The notes beneath the pieces were generated by a model. The model saw only the letters and a program-made list of their open reading frames with translations. It was not told the DNA's origin and did no database searches. Below are positions 23,382 to 33,539 of a stretch of DNA of 64,000 nucleotides, piece after piece; position 1 is the first letter of the stretch; each line of letters starts with the position of its first letter. Source of the stretch: Candidatus Woesebacteria bacterium GW2011_GWF1_31_35 (lineage in GTDB: Bacteria; Patescibacteriota; Microgenomatia; UBA8517); NCBI GenBank assembly GCA_001029755.1, contig CP011214.1:557767-621766 (forward strand), in the 5' to 3' direction. Both the position numbers and the translations under genes were made by a program.

Positions 23382-23675
23382 TTATATATTTAAATCTAAA
23401 AGTGCCCTTTTAAAATCTTTTTGAGGCAAATTTATTCCAAATATGTAAAGCCAATATTTAAGAACACTTTTCATCCAAAGTCCACGTATTGGGATTGACA
23501 CAACCCTCTCAACTTCATCCCTGGAATAATTTTTAGAAAGCCATAGAAGAGCTTTGTCGTCACCTTTATTTAAAATTTCTGTAATTATAATTTCTTTATC
23601 ATCTTTAACATCTAACTTTTCCAAATTATATGAGGCTAAATAGGGTTGAAGAAATTTAGATATAGACATATACAC
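23382..23675 (-). CDS. Small partner of the AbiEii-like gene (DUF6922-like), putative antitoxin
   Basis: Directly upstream and co-oriented; LASYNLEKLD...IITEILNKGD...WL pattern. Confidence 0.65.
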   Translation of the reverse strand: MYMSISKFLQPYLASYNLEKLDVKDDKEIIITEILNKGDDKALLWLSKNYSRDEVERVVSIPIRGLWMKSVLKYWLYIFGINLPQKDFKRALLDLNI

Positions 23676-23806
23676 TCATATTATACAGCAAAAATTAAAA
23701 GATTCATTAAGCCTTCTTTTTTAAAATTGGAAATTATTTCATCTAAAATACAACAAATTTATCAATAGAAAAATATATTTTATTAATTAAATTCAGATGG
23801 GTTATC

Positions 23807-24082
23807 TTAAGAAGAAAACAGGAGTGAATGTTTTCCTTTTGAATGAATTTTTTCCAAAGTTTCAATTCTATCTGAGTGGTCACTTAAATGTTCTGAGATT
23901 AAAGTTCTTTCTTCCCTACTGGCTACAACTTCTTTTAATATGGGGTCAATTCTATCAAAAAATTCACTTTTAAATTCGGTTAGTTTTTTATCAAATTTAT
24001 CTTCCTGTTCAAGAAATCTTTTGTCTAGTCTTCGGTCCAAAAGATTGTCAATAATATTTATATCTTTATTTGTAAGTGACAT
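23807..24082 (-). CDS. Small coiled-coil hypothetical protein, paralog of 3126..3401
   Basis: REE...DRI..LEKIH C-terminus shared with the paralog. Confidence 0.7.
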   Translation of the reverse strand: MSLTNKDINIIDNLLDRRLDKRFLEQEDKFDKKLTEFKSEFFDRIDPILKEVVASREERTLISEHLSDHSDRIETLEKIHSKGKHSLLFSS

Positions 24083-24143
24083 TAATTTATTTAATCACAG
24101 AAATTTAAAGACGTCAATTTTATGTAAGCGTCACGCACATGAC

Positions 24144-24197
24144 TTGACATGATCGTTTCAAAATGAGACGATATTGGTATATGAATGAGACGATATT
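24144..24197 (+). promoter_or_regulatory. Promoter with repeated operator half-sites upstream of the Fic gene
   Basis: TTGACA 24144-24149; inverted repeat ATCGTTTCA-AAA-TGAGACGAT; direct repeat AATGAGACGATATT at 24162 and 24184. Confidence 0.6.
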
Positions 24198-25236
24198 AAC
24201 AAACAGACAAAAATCTATTTTAAACTTAATAAGTCAATCTACAGGTATTTCTCGTGGAAATATACAAAAACTTATTCAAAAGATAGAAGTCATTTCTAAA
24301 CCTACATTAATACGCGATTTAAATTTTCTTATTAAAAACAAATTAATTAAAGTTGAAGGAAATGCTTCGAGTACTAAATATTTTTCTTTTGAAGATAATC
24401 CCTTACTAAAATATTTTGATTTAGATACTTATTTTAAACTTGATCCTGATCAAAGACTGGGAGTAAAGAAGAAGTTTGACTATAAGATAATTGGCAATTT
24501 TAAAAATCTTTTTTCGAAAATAGAAATTGAAGAAATCAATAATATTAAAAAAAGTTTTTTGACTGAATCTTCAAAATTAAGTTTAGATATTTATAAAAAA
24601 GAACTTGAAAGGTTTGTAATTGAATTTTCCTGGAAATCATCAAAAATTGAAGGTAACACATATTCATTACTTGAAACAGAAGAATTGATACAAAAAAGCG
24701 TAGTAGCAGAAGGACATGCGAAAGAAGAGACTGTGATGATACTTAATCATAAACGAGCTTTCGACGCAATTTTAAAAAATTACAAAGATTATAATAAATT
24801 AACAGTATCGAAAGTAAATCAAATACATTCACTTTTAGTAGATAATCTGGGAATAAATTCTGGAATTAGAAGTGAAGCAGTGGGTATTACGGGTACTGTT
24901 TACGTGCCATTTGACCTTAAATATCAAATTGAAGATGCGCTTAGTATTACTTTGGAGTTAATAAATAAAACCAAAAACCCTTTAGAAAAAGGTTTAATAG
25001 CAACCACAATGATTCCGTATATACAACCATATTCAGATGGGAACAAGAGAACTACTAGAATGCTTGTAAATGCAATTTTACTTACAGGTGATTATTACCC
25101 TCTCTCGTATAGAAATATTAACGTTGAAGAATATAAAAAAGCAATGATCTTGTTTTATGAACAAGGAAGTATTTACCATCTCAAAAGACTTTTCTTAGAG
25201 CAGATCTTTTTTACGTATAAAAATTATTTTCGATAA
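24181..25236 (+). CDS. Fic family protein with N-terminal winged HTH
   Basis: SSKIEGN inhibitory motif; QPYSDGNKRTTR Fic loop; SKPTLIRDL HTH. Confidence 0.88.
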   Translation: MNETILTNRQKSILNLISQSTGISRGNIQKLIQKIEVISKPTLIRDLNFLIKNKLIKVEGNASSTKYFSFEDNPLLKYFDLDTYFKLDPDQRLGVKKKFDYKIIGNFKNLFSKIEIEEINNIKKSFLTESSKLSLDIYKKELERFVIEFSWKSSKIEGNTYSLLETEELIQKSVVAEGHAKEETVMILNHKRAFDAILKNYKDYNKLTVSKVNQIHSLLVDNLGINSGIRSEAVGITGTVYVPFDLKYQIEDALSITLELINKTKNPLEKGLIATTMIPYIQPYSDGNKRTTRMLVNAILLTGDYYPLSYRNINVEEYKKAMILFYEQGSIYHLKRLFLEQIFFTYKNYFR

Positions 25237-25253
25237 TAAAATTACTAATGAAT

Positions 25254-27311
25254 TTACGGTGCTACTTCCACCCACTTTGTTCTTCTGAAAGCAAGTTTAG
25301 AAGGAAAAAGCATGACTTGATCAGGACCATATTCAAAAAGTTCTGCAGGATTACCGTCATTATTAACTAAATCTCTTCCTAATGTTATTCCACCATATGA
25401 AGCAACTGATCCCCTTACCCAAAGTGCATTACTTCCAGTATTGGTATTAAAAATTCCATCAGCTAAATAAATTCCTTCAAGTTGGGTAACTGCTGGATTA
25501 AGGTTAATATTACCATTAACAAATGTTCCAAAAAAACCTACCCCATCAGTTAGATTAATATTGCTTCTGATTGTTAAATATCCATCTACGAGTAATATTA
25601 CTTTTCTTCCAGCAAAATTAATATTCGAATCAATTTCGATGGTCAAACTACCATCTGATTTAAACCATTCATAGCCATACTTAGTAAAACCAGTAGAACG
25701 CAAGGATGCATTAGTTGCTACTGTTGGAATTACATCACTAGGTATTAGGCTATTAAAATATAAATAATCAAAAAGCTTTCCTTGTGTTGTACTTGTATTT
25801 GCATTCCAAAGTTTACTTGAAATAGTTCCTATTCCAACACTTAAAGATCCACTATATGTAGGAACTCCTGGAAATCCACCTGATCCATCTAAAATAAATT
25901 GAGTTCCTGCAGGAAAAACACTAGAACTAATGTCTCCATTTGTTGTAACATCCCCGTCTTTAACTTGCCACCAAGGAGAAGGATTTGTGATAGTTATAGT
26001 TGATGTATCATTACAACGTGAGACTCCACTCATTATCACATCAGCTCTGACTGTAGTTGAACCTACACTTGCTCCAGTAGCTACAGTACTGTAAGAAACT
26101 GTTGTATCAGATGCAGGATTAACTGTAGCAATAGATGTGTTTCCTGAAAGGAAATTAACTTGTGAGACAGTTCCATTTGTAGGTGTAACTGAAGCAACAA
26201 AATTTACAGTATTACCTAAAGTTATACTAGGTGTATCTGGAAGTAAATTAACAGTACATGAAGGTGTTGGTACTGTAATTATTGAAGTATCAACACATGT
26301 TCCACCACCACTTAAAGTCGCAGTTGCAGTTACTGTGGTAGTTCCAGCAGTAGCACCAGTTACAGTGGTTGTAGTGGGTGAAAAAGGAGAAATAGTATCT
26401 GCTGTAGGACTCATACTAACATTAGTATTAGTTTTAGTAAAATCAACTCTAGAAATTACAGCACCATTATTTAATGTAGTAGTTGCAGTTAATACTTGAG
26501 TTCCACCGACTGTAACATTTGCAGTTGCAGGTGTAAGACTTATGGTACATGAAGGTGTTGGTACTGTAATTATAGAAGTATCTGAACATCTTGATGATCC
26601 ACTCATAATTCCATTAGCAGTTATAGTTGCTGTTCCAGGAGCAACACCTGTTGCTATTGAATTATATGGAGAAGAAGAATCAGATGCAGGATTAACTGTG
26701 GCAACACCGGTATTATTTGAACTAAAAGTAACATTTGAAACAGTGCCATCATTAATATTTGATAAAGTTGCAGTAAATGTAGATGTAGATCCTATTAATA
26801 AAGGATTTACAGCTGTGGGGGTAAGACCTAAGTTACAAGAAGGTGTTGTTGGTGGGTCTGTTGGTCCTGATGTGGCTGTAGGTGTTGGTGAAGTATTCCT
26901 TACACAACAAGTAGTTGTCACAGCTGGATCAGACAAAGTACATTGAGATCCTGAAATACTGCAACTGCTATATCTATCATTAGCGGTCCAAACAGGAGAT
27001 ACATTTAAAGAATTCCATATACCAGCAATAATTACACTACAATCCAATATTTTTGTGGTTATACAAAATGTTTGACCCCCAAAAGTATAACATTCGTTTT
27101 TACAATCATAATTTCCACTTCTATTCCAAGTACCATTATTTGAACATGTAGGCCCACTTCCGCAGGCCATTGAAGATATATTAACTCTTATTCCATATCC
27201 TTGATCAATTCCACAAAACCAACCATCTCCACAAGCAGCAGATGTAGTATTAGGAAAAATTAAAAAAGCTAAAATTGAAAAAACTAAAATTAAAAAAGTA
27301 TTTTTCATCAT
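25254..27311 (-). CDS. Secreted Thr/Ser-rich surface protein with three tandem Ig-like repeats
   Basis: Signal peptide; Cys-rich N-domain; repeats of about 97 aa (SSNNTGVATV / SGNTSIATV); C-terminal PWWQVKDGDV domain. Confidence 0.8.
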   Translation of the reverse strand: MMKNTFLILVFSILAFLIFPNTTSAACGDGWFCGIDQGYGIRVNISSMACGSGPTCSNNGTWNRSGNYDCKNECYTFGGQTFCITTKILDCSVIIAGIWNSLNVSPVWTANDRYSSCSISGSQCTLSDPAVTTTCCVRNTSPTPTATSGPTDPPTTPSCNLGLTPTAVNPLLIGSTSTFTATLSNINDGTVSNVTFSSNNTGVATVNPASDSSSPYNSIATGVAPGTATITANGIMSGSSRCSDTSIITVPTPSCTISLTPATANVTVGGTQVLTATTTLNNGAVISRVDFTKTNTNVSMSPTADTISPFSPTTTTVTGATAGTTTVTATATLSGGGTCVDTSIITVPTPSCTVNLLPDTPSITLGNTVNFVASVTPTNGTVSQVNFLSGNTSIATVNPASDTTVSYSTVATGASVGSTTVRADVIMSGVSRCNDTSTITITNPSPWWQVKDGDVTTNGDISSSVFPAGTQFILDGSGGFPGVPTYSGSLSVGIGTISSKLWNANTSTTQGKLFDYLYFNSLIPSDVIPTVATNASLRSTGFTKYGYEWFKSDGSLTIEIDSNINFAGRKVILLVDGYLTIRSNINLTDGVGFFGTFVNGNINLNPAVTQLEGIYLADGIFNTNTGSNALWVRGSVASYGGITLGRDLVNNDGNPAELFEYGPDQVMLFPSKLAFRRTKWVEVAP
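26254..26573. repeat. 29-bp exact direct repeat marking the Ig-domain duplication
   Basis: GTACATGAAGGTGTTGGTACTGTAATTAT at 26254 and 26545, 291 bp apart. Confidence 0.85.
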
Positions 27312-27313
27312 AT

Positions 27314-27919
27314 TTATAGGCCAACACCGACAATAGGTATATTATATAATGGATCAGGAAAATTGTTTTTTGAATTAAGGGATGATATAAACGCTTCAGT
27401 AAACGTATGATAAGTTTGTGGATCAGTTTTAATATAAATTTTTTGAGGGTCTGCGATAATTGTAAATACTTTAATATGACTAGTCTTATCTTTAGTTTTT
27501 GTAAGGATTTCTTCATTATCTTTTGTTGTAATGTAAGTATCTCCTGTCCAGATCATAAAACTGGTATTATCCGCAACTTCGAATTTGTAAACATGTTCTT
27601 TTAGTTTTTCATCAAAAAAAGCAATTGAAAAAACAACTTTTCCATTAATTTCAGAAATATCTGTTAGACAACCCCTAATATCAAGTGCCTCTTGCTCATT
27701 ATCTAGTTGGTATTGTTTGTTGCTTTCAGGAATACCTGTGAACTTAGATATATTATTTGAACCAAAACATAAACTTTTTATATTTTCATCAACTAAATTA
27801 GTATTTTTTTTGGTACTAACATCATTGTTTGTTAATTTTTTATGATAAAAAATAAATAATAATTCACCTAATATAAGAAGAATACCAATAATGATAAATA
27901 ATTTAATACTCTTACTCAC
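27314..27919 (-). CDS. Hypothetical membrane-anchored protein
   Basis: N-terminal TM helix; directly upstream of the Ig protein gene. Confidence 0.65.
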   Translation of the reverse strand: MSKSIKLFIIIGILLILGELLFIFYHKKLTNNDVSTKKNTNLVDENIKSLCFGSNNISKFTGIPESNKQYQLDNEQEALDIRGCLTDISEINGKVVFSIAFFDEKLKEHVYKFEVADNTSFMIWTGDTYITTKDNEEILTKTKDKTSHIKVFTIIADPQKIYIKTDPQTYHTFTEAFISSLNSKNNFPDPLYNIPIVGVGL

Positions 27920-27937
27920 GATAATTTATTATATACA

Positions 27938-28957
27938 CTATTTTTCTGAAGTTCCACTGTCTACTGCAAGGGAAAATATTTGTTGTAAATCAATAATATC
28001 ACCTTTCCAACCCATATCCTTGAGTTCGTGATACATTTTTGCAATTTCTAGTCCGACATATAAATAATGATGCGGTTCTGCTAGGGGGTCAATTCCATCA
28101 TGCCCATTGACATACGATTGTATATACCCAAATTTCCATGAATTTTCTACAAGCCATTTTCCAGTTTTTGTGTTTTCGAAACCTGAGTATAGACCAATAG
28201 AATGTTCATTTTCTGGTGTTGAAAAATCAATTGCTAAACCGGTTTGATGTTGTGACTGACCTGGTAGAGAAACTTTACTTGTATCCCCATTTACTTTATT
28301 TAGAGCATATTGTTGTTCCCAATAATTTCTGTAACCACTTCGAACATAAATACTAATTCCATCACTTTGGGCTTTATTAATTAAATCAATTAAATCATCT
28401 TTCATTAGTGAATGAACTCTAATTTCGGAATTTAAAACAGGGAAATTAAATCCACTTTCTAGTAATCCATTTAAATCAATTAGTCTAATTAAATTAGGTT
28501 CAACTTCCTGTAATAAATATCCTTCTTCTATGGGGTGTGTTGTATCGACAGTTTTAAATAAGATGCTTGGAGTTGAGAAAATTAAAGAATCCACTCCTTT
28601 ACTTGGTTCCATACCTACAACATCAATATTCAGATTTTTTGGTATGGGATTTGGTTTTTCAATAACAAAAGTAGTATCGGGTTTTTGGCTTTGTGTAGTA
28701 ATAAGCATATTATTTAATGGATCAATTGGAGAAACAATTTGCATCTTGTTTAAGCCATTGTGTTTAGTTGTTCCTTTTTCTACAAAATCATTACTTTTTG
28801 TTGTACCGCTACCAGCTGCAAGGGAAAGGATCAGGATTAAATTGAAGGAATTTCTTCCGTTATGTCCATATTCATAAACACCAGGCTTCAATTGAAAATT
28901 GAAATTTTGTTCACTACTCTCCGGACCTTGAATATCTCTGTCGTTTTTCATGTCCAT
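27938..28957 (-). CDS. M15B (VanY-like) D-Ala-D-Ala carboxypeptidase
   Basis: SGYRN, PGQSQHQTGLAIDF, EPHHYLYVG. Confidence 0.85.
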   Translation of the reverse strand: MDMKNDRDIQGPESSEQNFNFQLKPGVYEYGHNGRNSFNLILILSLAAGSGTTKSNDFVEKGTTKHNGLNKMQIVSPIDPLNNMLITTQSQKPDTTFVIEKPNPIPKNLNIDVVGMEPSKGVDSLIFSTPSILFKTVDTTHPIEEGYLLQEVEPNLIRLIDLNGLLESGFNFPVLNSEIRVHSLMKDDLIDLINKAQSDGISIYVRSGYRNYWEQQYALNKVNGDTSKVSLPGQSQHQTGLAIDFSTPENEHSIGLYSGFENTKTGKWLVENSWKFGYIQSYVNGHDGIDPLAEPHHYLYVGLEIAKMYHELKDMGWKGDIIDLQQIFSLAVDSGTSEK

Positions 28958-29087
28958 TCTTGTTAAAACCAGTTTAATAATATCTAATACAAATATTAGA
29001 AATTAATATTAATCTTAATTTCTTATTATTATCTATAATTATAACATAATGACTTTTTGACCATTGTTGTGTTATATTTATATAAGA

Positions 29088-29957
29088 ATGAAATTTAAAA
29101 ATCAAAAAGGTCAGGCTGTTTTAATTGTTCTTCTTTCTTTATCTGTTGTTTTAATTGTTGTTATGTTTGTTGTATCCCGTTCAATTACTGATATTTCTCT
29201 TTCTACAAAAGAAGAAAATTCTCTGAGGGCTTTTTCCGCTGCTGAAGCTGGAATTGAAAGAGCTTTGGTTATAGGAAGTGCTCAAAACGGTGCTTTTGAT
29301 GATGCAACATTTAACACTTCTGTTATTGACTTTGCTGTGGGATCTTCTACGGTTGTTTACCCTATTAGCCTTAAGTCTGGAGAATTTGCGACATTTTGGT
29401 TTATTGGCCATAATAATAATGGTACTTTAGGTTGTACAGATGAGACTTGTTTTTCAGGAAGATCTGTCAAACTTTGTTGGGGAGATTCAGGAACTGTAAC
29501 AGGACCAGTACCAGCTGTTGAATTTACTGTTTACTACACAACTGCAGCTAATGATTTGACAAAAATTAGAGTTGCAAGAGCCACCCTTGACCCAGTTAGT
29601 AGAGCCAATAATTTTAATAGTGCTTCAACTGGTGTTTGTACTATTAATGAAGAAAGTTTTAAGTATTACACTACTATTGAATTATCACCTGCAGGAGGAT
29701 TGGGAATCGCCGGATGGGCAACTCCAGGAATACTACGATACGCAACCGTAAAAATTTTGTATAATGATACTGTTGCACATAAAATAGGAATTGATGTTTC
29801 TTCCACTGGTTCAATATTACCTTCTCAAGGGGTAAAAATTGAATCCGATGGAAAGTTTGGGGATGCAAATAGGAGTATTGAAGTTTACCAACTTCACCCT
29901 ATTGCACCTACAATTTTTGAAAATGCAATTTTTAGTTCGTCAGGGATAACTAAATAA
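29088..29957 (+). CDS. PilX-like minor pilin
   Basis: QKG|QAVLIVLL; AFSAAEAGIERAL. Confidence 0.82.
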   Translation: MKFKNQKGQAVLIVLLSLSVVLIVVMFVVSRSITDISLSTKEENSLRAFSAAEAGIERALVIGSAQNGAFDDATFNTSVIDFAVGSSTVVYPISLKSGEFATFWFIGHNNNGTLGCTDETCFSGRSVKLCWGDSGTVTGPVPAVEFTVYYTTAANDLTKIRVARATLDPVSRANNFNSASTGVCTINEESFKYYTTIELSPAGGLGIAGWATPGILRYATVKILYNDTVAHKIGIDVSSTGSILPSQGVKIESDGKFGDANRSIEVYQLHPIAPTIFENAIFSSSGITK

Positions 29958-30000
29958 ACAAAGTTTGTTTTTGACAAAATAGAAAAAAATAAATCTGCCC

Positions 30001-31008
30001 ATGGTTGGAATAGACATTGGATCAAAAAGTATAAAAATAGTAGAGCTAGTAGGATCAGTTGGAAAATTCCAACTAAAATCCTCAGGTGCTGTGGGTTACA
30101 CTGGTCTTTCCCCTGATAAAATGACTGAAGAGAAAGATTTTGTAGCACTTTCTTTGATTTTAAAAAAGATTATTAAACAAATTGGAATTACTTCAAAGGA
30201 AGTTAATATTGCCCTACCTGAGCCATTAGTCTTTACAAGAGTTATTAAGTTTCCCCTACTTTCAGATGAGGAGGTTAACTCTGCTATTAAATGGGAAGCT
30301 GAACAATATATTCCAATTCCAATTAATGAAGCAATTATTCAGTACTCGATACTATCGAAAAATGAGACTACTGCTTCAACTTCAGTACTTTTAGTCGCAG
30401 CTCCAAAAGTAGTTGTTGAAAAATATGTTAAGATTGTCCGTTTAGCAGGTTTAACTCCAGTTTCAGCTGAAACTGAGTTAACTGCTCTCGCTCGAAGTAT
30501 TTCACCTGAGAAAGGCGTATCACTATTATTAGATTTAGGGGCATCATCTGTGGATATGGCAATAACCAGAGATTCAAAAGTAATTTTTACAAGGTCAATT
30601 CCTGTAGCAGGTGAAACATTTACTAGAGCAGTTTCACAGTCTTTAGGAATTAATATGCAACAAGCAGAAGAATACAAAAAGACATATGGTCTTTCAGGAA
30701 CACAACTTGAAGGAAAAGTAAAAATTGCGCTAGAACCAATATTTAAAATGGTTACAGATGAAATTAAAAAAGCAATTCATTTTTTTCAAAGTGAAGAAAA
30801 AGAAGAAGCACCCACAACAATTATTATTTCAGGAGGATCATCTTTAACTCCAGAGTTAGTATCTTACTTAACCGAAGTACTAGGTCTTGAAACAGTCTCG
30901 GGCAATCCATTTAATAAAGTTGCAGTTGACCCTGAAACCTCCAAAAGTCTTGCCCCTTATATTTCTATTTATGGGACAGCAGTTGGTTTAGCAATGTTAG
31001 AAGGGTAA
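30001..31008 (+). CDS. pilM: Type IV pilus assembly protein PilM
   Basis: GIDIGSKSIK, EAEQYIP, LDLGA, SGGSS, AVGLA actin-like motifs. Confidence 0.93.
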   Translation: MVGIDIGSKSIKIVELVGSVGKFQLKSSGAVGYTGLSPDKMTEEKDFVALSLILKKIIKQIGITSKEVNIALPEPLVFTRVIKFPLLSDEEVNSAIKWEAEQYIPIPINEAIIQYSILSKNETTASTSVLLVAAPKVVVEKYVKIVRLAGLTPVSAETELTALARSISPEKGVSLLLDLGASSVDMAITRDSKVIFTRSIPVAGETFTRAVSQSLGINMQQAEEYKKTYGLSGTQLEGKVKIALEPIFKMVTDEIKKAIHFFQSEEKEEAPTTIIISGGSSLTPELVSYLTEVLGLETVSGNPFNKVAVDPETSKSLAPYISIYGTAVGLAMLEG

Positions 31009-31020
31009 TTTTTTATTTAT

Positions 31021-31563
31021 ATGCTTGCTAGAAAAATAAATTTAATACCAACAGAAATGGCAGTTCCTGCCGGATCTTTAAAATTTGTAAAAGTTCTAAA
31101 TAAATTATCTATTTTAGGAGTTATATCTTTAATTCTTTTAACTATTTCTGCAATCACCTTATTTGTATTTTATTCGATTGAATTGAAAAAAGTAAATAGT
31201 TCGGTAGCGTCTTTAAAAAATGAAATATCATCACTTGAAAAAAGTGAGCAAAAATTAATTTTAGTAAAAGATAAACTTGGGAAAATTGCATATGTTAAAT
31301 CACTTGATTCTGCAGAAAATGAAATTAATCGGTTTAAAAAAATAAATGAAATAGTATCAGTTTCTTCTGATTCTGCATTTACTGAAGTTAGTATTGGATC
31401 GTCTAAAACTGAAGTATCTTTAATTTCTGGAAATTCTACTTCGTTAACTTCCATACTTGAATCCGTAGCTAATTTAAAAGATTATGGAAAAATAATTTTA
31501 TCCTCACTTGGATTTAATCCAACGTCAGGATTTTTAACAAGCTTTATTTTTAATAGTAAATAA
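31021..31563 (+). CDS. PilN-like protein
   Basis: INLIP N-terminal motif, TM helix and coiled coil, follows pilM. Confidence 0.78.
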   Translation: MLARKINLIPTEMAVPAGSLKFVKVLNKLSILGVISLILLTISAITLFVFYSIELKKVNSSVASLKNEISSLEKSEQKLILVKDKLGKIAYVKSLDSAENEINRFKKINEIVSVSSDSAFTEVSIGSSKTEVSLISGNSTSLTSILESVANLKDYGKIILSSLGFNPTSGFLTSFIFNSK

Positions 31564-31566
31564 TAT

Positions 31567-32286
31567 ATGGATAAAATAAACCCAGAAATAAATAAGTTTG
31601 TTATAGGAGATACATCTAAATTTATTTCGCAAGAATCAAAATTTATGATTAAACCTTTGGCAATTTTTGTAATTGTAATAGCTTTACTTGTCGGCTCGGT
31701 GTATTTTGGATTCGGACAAATTAATTCTATCAAAACAAAATTAACTGAAAGCAAAAAAAATCAAAAATTGTTAGCTACAAAGGTAAGTATTTTGCAAAAT
31801 GTTACAAAAGTAATACCAATAGATCTTACATCTATTGATTTTGCACTTCCCGAAAAAGGAATTGCAATTTATGGGATGAGTCAAGTTAAATCTCAAGCAG
31901 GAGCATTGGGTTTAATTATTTCAAACTTAAGAACTGGAAGCGTAATTCAAGAAAAAGATGGAGTCTCAAAAGCCACAATCTCATTTGATGTAGAAGGAAA
32001 TGAACAAGCAATCTATGATTATTTAGGTTTATTTTCTAAATTATTACCTTTAATGAAGGTAGATAAGGTTAGCATTAGTAAGTTAGATGGTGTGGTAAAA
32101 GCATCTACTACAATTAGTGTTTTTTCAGGAGAACTTCCTAAAAGAATCCCATCTATAACATCTCCAGTTACTGATTTAACAAATGATGAATTATTAACCT
32201 TAAAAGAAATTTCTACGTTTTCACCTCCCCAATTTGTCATACCAGCTCCATTTAGTGATATCGCCAAAGAAGATCCTTTTAATTAA
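31567..32286 (+). CDS. PilO-like protein
   Basis: TM helix, coiled coil, ALP motif, C-terminal DPF; follows pilN. Confidence 0.72.
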   Translation: MDKINPEINKFVIGDTSKFISQESKFMIKPLAIFVIVIALLVGSVYFGFGQINSIKTKLTESKKNQKLLATKVSILQNVTKVIPIDLTSIDFALPEKGIAIYGMSQVKSQAGALGLIISNLRTGSVIQEKDGVSKATISFDVEGNEQAIYDYLGLFSKLLPLMKVDKVSISKLDGVVKASTTISVFSGELPKRIPSITSPVTDLTNDELLTLKEISTFSPPQFVIPAPFSDIAKEDPFN

Positions 32287-32305
32287 AATATATTTTTTTA
32301 AAAAA

Positions 32306-32551
32306 TTAAGATTGTTCAGCAACGGGGTTAACAAGAAGTATTATCTTTTTCTTTTCTAAAGTTGCCTTAATTCTTAAAATGTTTCTAATTGCTTTAATTA
32401 CTTTACCTTGTTTTCCAATAACCATTCCACCTTCATCTTCTGCTGTTTTAACAGTTAATTTAACAATTGAACCATCATCCTCTTCAGTAATTTCAAATTT
32501 AGAATCCTTACCTAAAATGTTTCTAATTATAAAATCTAATAATTCTTTCAT
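32306..32551 (-). CDS. khpA: KH-domain RNA-binding protein (KhpA/YlqC)
   Basis: GMVIGKQGKVIKAIR; downstream of rpsP. Confidence 0.88.
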   Translation of the reverse strand: MKELLDFIIRNILGKDSKFEITEEDDGSIVKLTVKTAEDEGGMVIGKQGKVIKAIRNILRIKATLEKKKIILLVNPVAEQS

Positions 32552-32586
32552 ATCTTTATTATTTATTAGTTTAATTCAATAAATAC

Positions 32587-32808
32587 TTACTTAAGTATTT
32601 TTTTAACTCCACCAGTAACAATTGCCCCATTTGCTACCCATTTATCAAATTTTTTCTTGTCAATCACAGTTTTTTTCTGATGAGGATCATATGAACCAAT
32701 TATTTCAAGAGATTTTCCGTCTCTTTTACTTCTAGTTGGAACTGCAACAATACGATAGAATGCATTGTTTTTTGCTCCAAATCTTGATAATTTTATTGAT
32801 ACTGACAT
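32587..32808 (-). CDS. rpsP: 30S ribosomal protein S16
   Basis: IKLSRFGAKNNAFYRIV...RDGKSLEIIGSYDP. Confidence 0.96.
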   Translation of the reverse strand: MSVSIKLSRFGAKNNAFYRIVAVPTRSKRDGKSLEIIGSYDPHQKKTVIDKKKFDKWVANGAIVTGGVKKILK

Positions 32809-32870
32809 ATTAAGAGTCTATTTTAACTTATTGAGATTGTTTTAACAATACGTAAGCTTTATTATTTACT

Positions 32871-33539
32871 TTACTTTATTTCAAGTAAAGCTTTTTCCGC
32901 GGCATTTTGTTCAGCTTCTGATTTATTTTTTCCAGTGCCTTTAGCAATTGGTTTTCCATTAATTATTACTTCAATAGTAAAGTTTTTATTATGATCTGGT
33001 CCTTCCTCAGTTATAACTTGATACTTTGGAGCTGGTAATTTATTTGATTGTACTTTTTCCTGCAACAAACTTTTTGGATCTTTAAGTGGAGAATTTATTT
33101 TCTTATTAACATCTATTAATATATTTTCCTTAATAAATTCTTCTGCCGTCGATATTCCTTGGTCCATAAACAAAGCTCCAATTATTGCTTCAACTGTGTC
33201 AGCTAAAAGTGATGAATTATTTCTTCCCCCACCTTCTTCCTCGCCCTTTGAAAGAAAGATTTCAGAACCTAATCCAATTTTTCCTGCAAGTTCTGAAAGA
33301 TTTTTAGTGTTTACTAAATTTGCACGAAGCGCAGTTAGGTATCCCTCTTCTTTTTCGGGGAATTTAATAAATAATTCTTTAGAAACAACAAATTCTAAAA
33401 TTGCGTCACCTAAAAACTCCAGTCTTTCATTGGTTCCTCTAACACCTATGTTTTCATTAACCCAGGATCTATGCGTTAACGCTTGAAGATAAAGATTTTC
33501 ATTTTTAAAAATAGTTTTTAATGTAATTGGATCTGTCAT
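32871..33539 (-). CDS. rnc: Ribonuclease III
   Basis: ALTHRS, NERLEFLGDA, dsRBD GPDH...AEQNAA. Confidence 0.97.
   Translation of the reverse strand: MTDPITLKTIFKNENLYLQALTHRSWVNENIGVRGTNERLEFLGDAILEFVVSKELFIKFPEKEEGYLTALRANLVNTKNLSELAGKIGLGSEIFLSKGEEEGGGRNNSSLLADTVEAIIGALFMDQGISTAEEFIKENILIDVNKKINSPLKDPKSLLQEKVQSNKLPAPKYQVITEEGPDHNKNFTIEVIINGKPIAKGTGKNKSEAEQNAAEKALLEIK

Noticed and set aside
26137-26946. Long antisense ORFs over the Ig protein, and similar short antisense ORFs elsewhere
   Set aside because: Shadows of biased codon usage on the coding strand; no start signals or motifs.
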